From: a virus
Lineage: Duplodnaviria; Caudoviricetes
DNA: 28,829 nucleotides
Virus record (IMG/VR): IMGVR_UViG_3300044742_000152
Span: 1 to 28,829 of that record
Reading direction: 5' to 3' (one strand)
Part shown: positions 24,832-28,829 of the stretch, piece by piece
Position numbering within the stretch: the first letter of the stretch is position 1
Layout of the letters: each line of letters starts with the position of its first letter
Notes under the pieces: model-generated
Told to the model about the DNA's origin: nothing
Databases searched by the model: none
Seen by the model: only the letters and a program-made list of their open reading frames with translations
Program-made: the position numbers and the translations under genes

Positions 24832-25253
24832 TAGGCGGCAATCATCTTGGCGTTGTTACCAGGGCTATCCCAGCTGTATTCGCCGAAGAAGCCGCATGAG
24901 GCGTTGCCAGCGGTGCCGCCGCCGTCCGTCTGGACAACAACCTCGCCGCCCGGCAGGCACTTAGTTGGCTCCACCGCCACCTTCTCGTAGTACATATTGC
25001 CGGCAGCTGCGTTGATGGGAATGGTTAGGGTTCCCAACGTGACCTCGCCTGCAGCACTGCCCGCTATTGGCCTGTACTTGAAGGTCAGGATCGAAGGGGC
25101 CACCGTGTTGACTGTAGTGATAGTGGCCCAGATTGCCCTGACCAGGATCGGCTGATAGCCCACTGTGTAGCGGGCGCCGGCGATTGGGTCTGCTGCTGTG
25201 GCAATATCTCCTGCCACAACCAGCTGAGCGTCGATTTTCTGGTGATCGTACAT
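24831..25253 (-). CDS. Putative capsid decoration/cement protein
   Basis: Start at ATG 25253 (TAAGGAG RBS) rather than 25370. Beta-rich, directly after the capsid gene. Confidence 0.55.
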   Translation of the reverse strand: MYDHQKIDAQLVVAGDIATAADPIAGARYTVGYQPILVRAIWATITTVNTVAPSILTFKYRPIAGSAAGEVTLGTLTIPINAAAGNMYYEKVAVEPTKCLPGGEVVVQTDGGGTAGNASCGFFGEYSWDSPGNNAKMIAA

Positions 25254-25263
25254 CGGGGACTCC

Positions 25264-26208
25264 TTAGGTGCTGGCGACGTGGACGATCCTGGCCTCGCCA
25301 GGGTTGCCCGTATCCCAGATGATATCGAACTCCAGAATGCCGTACCAGGCCACTGCCTTGGAACGGCCAAAGTCGCCAGGGATGGCCGCCCGAAGTTCGG
25401 GCGTCATGGCCTCGGCCAGAGCAATGCCATCCTCGCCAAAGATCACGCCTTCTCCAAGAACAGAGCCGGTGCCGATCTTGCCCAGCGCCTTGGCATGATT
25501 GGTCTCGATGAACCTAATCCCTTCGATCCGGCCGACTTCGCCGTTGTACTTGGCTTGGGCATCCTGGTACTTGTGCCACTCCTCCCATTTGGCATCCCGC
25601 TTGATGCCGCGGAGGCCGAGGGTCCGGAAGAGGCCTAGATAGTCGTCGCCTTCCAGGGGAGGAACCTGCAGGGTATCGAACATATAGTCCCTGATTTCCT
25701 CGACGTGGAAGAGGTTCATGTTGGCCGTTGCTGCCGCACCCGGCGTGCCGTTGGTAGTAATGTTGTTAGTAGCTGCGCCGGTGGGAACGTACTTGACGCT
25801 TGCCTTCTTGAAGGCCACAGCAGCCTTCGTATCTAGGACCAGCCGCATCTGGTCACGCAGCTTCCGCTGGATAGGATTTTCAGTGTCGAAGTGGGAGAGA
25901 TCTTGGGACAGGCTGGTAAAGGGAACCGCTCGGCCGATCTCCTTGACAGTGATGACCTTGGTCGAGAGGTTGAACTCGTCCTCAGGAATACGGGTTGTCT
26001 CCTCAAGGTCGGCAGAGACCGGCTCCGTGATGTTCTGGACCCTTGTCAGGGTAACGGACTCGCCGTTGTTCCTGCCATAGCCGTCGACCGTTCTTACGTG
26101 GTCGACAAAGACGCTGTTCTCCACAGCAGCCTCGTACAGCTTCTGAGCGAGGGTGTGATTTTTGTAGGTGCCTGTCGGGGCATCGAAGGTCCAGGTAAAC
26201 TGTGGCAT
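25264..26208 (-). CDS. Major capsid protein (HK97 fold)
   Basis: 314 aa after the scaffold, with GESVTL, LEETTRIP, GEVGRIEGIRFIE and DFGRSKAVAWY patterns. GGAG RBS. Confidence 0.85.
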   Translation of the reverse strand: MPQFTWTFDAPTGTYKNHTLAQKLYEAAVENSVFVDHVRTVDGYGRNNGESVTLTRVQNITEPVSADLEETTRIPEDEFNLSTKVITVKEIGRAVPFTSLSQDLSHFDTENPIQRKLRDQMRLVLDTKAAVAFKKASVKYVPTGAATNNITTNGTPGAAATANMNLFHVEEIRDYMFDTLQVPPLEGDDYLGLFRTLGLRGIKRDAKWEEWHKYQDAQAKYNGEVGRIEGIRFIETNHAKALGKIGTGSVLGEGVIFGEDGIALAEAMTPELRAAIPGDFGRSKAVAWYGILEFDIIWDTGNPGEARIVHVAST

Positions 26209-26220
26209 TTAGGTCTCCCA

Positions 26221-26919
26221 TCAAGCAGCAGAGGCACGCTTGCGCCTTCTGGCTCTGATGACGTCACCAAGGCTAGTTACCTCTGCGCCAATAGCAGGGG
26301 CTCGTCGTTCAGACGGAGGACTAGACCCTTCCGCCACGGCCTTCTTGCCTTTCGGCCTCGTACCGCCCGAGTATCGTATAATTCGCTCCCGCGTCAAGTC
26401 GGCCAACTTTTTCATAGCGTCGTCAACGGGGATATTGGCCAGGCTGGGCAGATTGCTGTTCAAGGTCAGTTCGACGAGGTCCTTGTCGTCCTTCAGGTCC
26501 TTGTGTTTCTCGTAGAAGCCTGACCAGAATTTCTGGGTTCCCTGATCTCGTTCGTATTGGCCTTTAAGCCTGCCTTCGGCCTCAGCGACGGCTTCGCTCT
26601 TGATGAGAGCGACCGCTGCCTCTGGATCAGTGAATATTAGGTTCTTGTAGTCGGTCTTGGGCTTATCTTCCTTTGGCTCCTTCGGCGTCACTGGAGGAAT
26701 AGTCCGCCGCAGCTCAGCGATCTCTTTCGCGTGATTGGCCTTTATCTCATCCATCTGACGTCGCAGGTCTGCGACTGGATCATCCTGAGGAGGGTCTTCT
26801 GGATCATCAGGATCCTCAGGATCGTCCTGTATCGTGCCGTCCACTGGTGGATCGTTAGGAAACTCATCACCCTGCTCAGGAAAGCCGCCCTGATCAGAAG
26901 CTTTAGGTCTACGAGCCAT
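26221..26919 (-). CDS. Capsid scaffolding protein
   Basis: Acidic Pro-rich N-terminus (DDPEDPDDPEDPP), helical core and basic C-terminus. Directly precedes the capsid gene. Confidence 0.7.
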   Translation of the reverse strand: MARRPKASDQGGFPEQGDEFPNDPPVDGTIQDDPEDPDDPEDPPQDDPVADLRRQMDEIKANHAKEIAELRRTIPPVTPKEPKEDKPKTDYKNLIFTDPEAAVALIKSEAVAEAEGRLKGQYERDQGTQKFWSGFYEKHKDLKDDKDLVELTLNSNLPSLANIPVDDAMKKLADLTRERIIRYSGGTRPKGKKAVAEGSSPPSERRAPAIGAEVTSLGDVIRARRRKRASAA

Positions 26920-27196
26920 CTCCCATCTCCTTCTGTGCTGCTACATCACCCCGACGCTGCTTTGACTCCAAATCGGCTATAAGATTGAGCATAGCCGTTA
27001 TCTCGGCAACCTTGCCTAGCAGGCTGTCATGATTATACTGTCCACCACGATACATAGCTGCCAGCTGCTGAACATAGTTGGTTATTCTGGTATTGATTAG
27101 GGGAACGACAATAGAGGCTACGATGGAAGCTTCTCGGCCATCTTCCATAGTGTCCATTCGCTCCAGTCGCATGTCCTGTTCCCGTTTGCTAACCAT
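26909..27196 (-). CDS. Hypothetical protein (head module)
   Basis: Small helical ORF overlapping its neighbours, between portal and scaffold. Confidence 0.65.
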   Translation of the reverse strand: MVSKREQDMRLERMDTMEDGREASIVASIVVPLINTRITNYVQQLAAMYRGGQYNHDSLLGKVAEITAMLNLIADLESKQRRGDVAAQKEMGDGS

Positions 27197-27497
27197 ATTG
27201 CTGGTCCCCGCTAACCTTTATGCCATTGGGAACCCAGAGCCTCGACCTCCCCTTACGAAGGGCCTCCAACTCATGGTTGCGTTCCAGCAGCAGGGCATTG
27301 ACCTCTAATAGGGTCCAGAAGGCCTTCTCGAGGAAGGCCTGCCTGCTGGCCAGGTTGTCCCTGGGTATCCTATTACGGTTGTTGTAGAACCATACAGTAA
27401 GATCGGCCATGCGCTGCTCTAGCACCCGGTTTCCCGAGGCCTGAGCGTTGTGCATCAGCTCCTGTATAAGGGTCTCTTCAGAGCGACCATTCCTCAC
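27189..27497 (-). CDS. Hypothetical protein
   Basis: GTGA-coupled ORF in the operon. Confidence 0.6.
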   Translation of the reverse strand: MRNGRSEETLIQELMHNAQASGNRVLEQRMADLTVWFYNNRNRIPRDNLASRQAFLEKAFWTLLEVNALLLERNHELEALRKGRSRLWVPNGIKVSGDQQYG

Positions 27498-27769
27498 GAG
27501 GACCCACCATATCTATTACGGCTCTGATGACAGGCAGAGGGAGATTGTTCCTCCGTCAGCAGGCCAGCCGGGCCTTTGATCTTGTTCTTGGCATTCTTGC
27601 CAGTGTCCTTACCATCGGTAGTGTTCTTGGGAGAGCCCATCTTGCCGATGATCCGGCCTTTGTGATTGACCATTCTGTTTTCAGATGCTGACATACCGCC
27701 TCCTGGATCACTTTCCGCTATTAGGGTTCGCATGTTATCTCTGTTAGCAAAGCCTGGTGACTTGGCCAT
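27494..27769 (-). CDS. Hypothetical basic, low-complexity protein
   Basis: TAATG-coupled ORF, rich in G/K/N. Confidence 0.6.
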   Translation of the reverse strand: MAKSPGFANRDNMRTLIAESDPGGGMSASENRMVNHKGRIIGKMGSPKNTTDGKDTGKNAKNKIKGPAGLLTEEQSPSACHQSRNRYGGSS

Positions 27770-28107
27770 TAGTAGTAATCCCTTCGCTTGGTTCTCTTCT
27801 TGGGCTTCTTCTTAGGTTTCTTTTTCTTAGCCGCAGCAGGGGGCCTATCGACCTTCTTCTTGTCTGCGCCATATCCTCCCCAGGTATTACCTTCAGTGTA
27901 GTCTCCCCACTGTCTTGCTCTTTTTGGCGCTGCCTTATAGGTATCTTTGTGATATTCATAGCTGGCGGTAAAGATAGTATCAGCGTACTCAGCTGAATGC
28001 TTCTGCATATGGTCAGCCAGCCTGTGAAGCCAGGCTACGACACCACGGATACCCTTAGCAGACATGCCAGGGATATTGTAGACTTCTAGATGAGCGGTAC
28101 TAGGCAT
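27769..28107 (-). CDS. Hypothetical protein with poly-basic tail
   Basis: C-terminal KKKKPKKKPKKRTKRR. Overlaps the portal stop. Confidence 0.6.
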   Translation of the reverse strand: MPSTAHLEVYNIPGMSAKGIRGVVAWLHRLADHMQKHSAEYADTIFTASYEYHKDTYKAAPKRARQWGDYTEGNTWGGYGADKKKVDRPPAAAKKKKPKKKPKKRTKRRDYY

Positions 28108-28829
28108 TGGGAGGTAATCCTGATTTGGGGTTGGTAAGCTGATTTACCTCAGCCGGGACCTGTGATCCGCCACCAAGCGGTGGTCCCCCCTTCGCTTCAG
28201 CACCAGGAGCCGACTGGCCTGCCTGGTTGGGCTGAAGCATCTGAGCTGCCGCCTGAGTACGTTGCATCTCCTCAGCGGCCTGTTTTAGCTCTTCTTGGCT
28301 CTTCTGTAGATCTTCCGGGTTTAGGTTGAGACGGTTCATTATGAATATAAGGGCTCTTTCAGGAGAGAACTTCTGCATGAAGGCCTGGAAGAGCATTGGG
28401 TTCATCTGGACAGCTTGCATCATAGACATCATCTTCTGGAAGTCCAGGGCTTTGGCCATTGTGCCGGAGAGGCCGAAGACCTTGAACTTCGACTTGCCCG
28501 CGAACATTGAAAAGCGTTCCTCGGGACTTGCCCTCATTAACAGCAGGGCCACGGAGCGGTCAACCGCGCTTTGCATGGCGTCCTGGGGCAGATCGTCTGC
28601 GTTCTGGAGGATAGTCAGCCAGGCCTTATACAGCAGGACCTGGATAAAGCTATTTTCGATGTCAGCAGCTAGTCCATCGAGAGTGACTGCCTGGGACTGA
28701 GAGGCCTCGACCACCTCGGTAGCACGGACCTGTTTTGGAGGGAGGGAGCCTAGTTTCAGCTCGTTGGTCAAGGCAGCCTGGGTGAACTCTCGGTCCAACG
28801 CAGAGAAGATAGCCATAGCATCTTGCGGT
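28100..28829 (-). CDS. Portal protein, C-terminal part (5' partial)
   Basis: Frame is open to the window edge. RATEV motif, Gln/Met-rich helical C-terminus, and position upstream of scaffold/capsid. Confidence 0.7.
   Translation of the reverse strand, partial: PQDAMAIFSALDREFTQAALTNELKLGSLPPKQVRATEVVEASQSQAVTLDGLAADIENSFIQVLLYKAWLTILQNADDLPQDAMQSAVDRSVALLLMRASPEERFSMFAGKSKFKVFGLSGTMAKALDFQKMMSMMQAVQMNPMLFQAFMQKFSPERALIFIMNRLNLNPEDLQKSQEELKQAAEEMQRTQAAAQMLQPNQAGQSAPGAEAKGGPPLGGGSQVPAEVNQLTNPKSGLPPNA

Noticed and set aside
25254-25370. N-terminal extension of the 179-aa ORF overlapping the capsid gene (possible frameshift fusion)
   Set aside because: A strong RBS supports ATG 25253, and no slippery sequence is evident at the capsid 3' end.
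8303-28700. Numerous + strand ORFs across the structural arm, and - strand ORFs within 132-7630
   Set aside because: They are antisense shadows of well-supported genes, with no recognisable motifs.
1-28829. Stop-codon reassignment explaining the polymerase TAG
   Set aside because: Genes are full length and tightly packed in the standard code, and read-through at 5430 does not give polymerase sequence.

Overview
This window is a fragment of a tailed dsDNA phage genome, most likely a short-tailed (podovirus-like) phage, with two convergent arms. The + strand arm (1-7920) is a recombination/replication module: Cas4-like nuclease (partial), Sak4-like AAA ATPase, probable SSB, a ParB-DNA methyltransferase fusion and a family A DNA polymerase. 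The polymerase is split into two genes. The N-half (3807-5432) carries a uracil-DNA-glycosylase-like domain, the 3'-5' exonuclease and the thumb. The C-half (6952-7920) carries motifs A, B and C, with His at the 762-equivalent position. About 1.5 kb of packed ORFs, including a MazG-like protein and a GH25 endolysin, lie between the halves. The - strand arm (28829 down to 7769) is morphogenesis: portal (partial), scaffold, major capsid, adaptor, nozzle, three paralogous fibre proteins, membrane/lysis genes, a GNAT-like protein and a block of probable ejection proteins. That block includes an ADP-ribosyltransferase-like domain, an S74-like chaperone domain, a SleB-like hydrolase, and shared N- and C-terminal peptide motifs. 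All calls rest on motif recognition and gene order only; no searches were run. No tRNA, rRNA, CRISPR array or integrase was seen.
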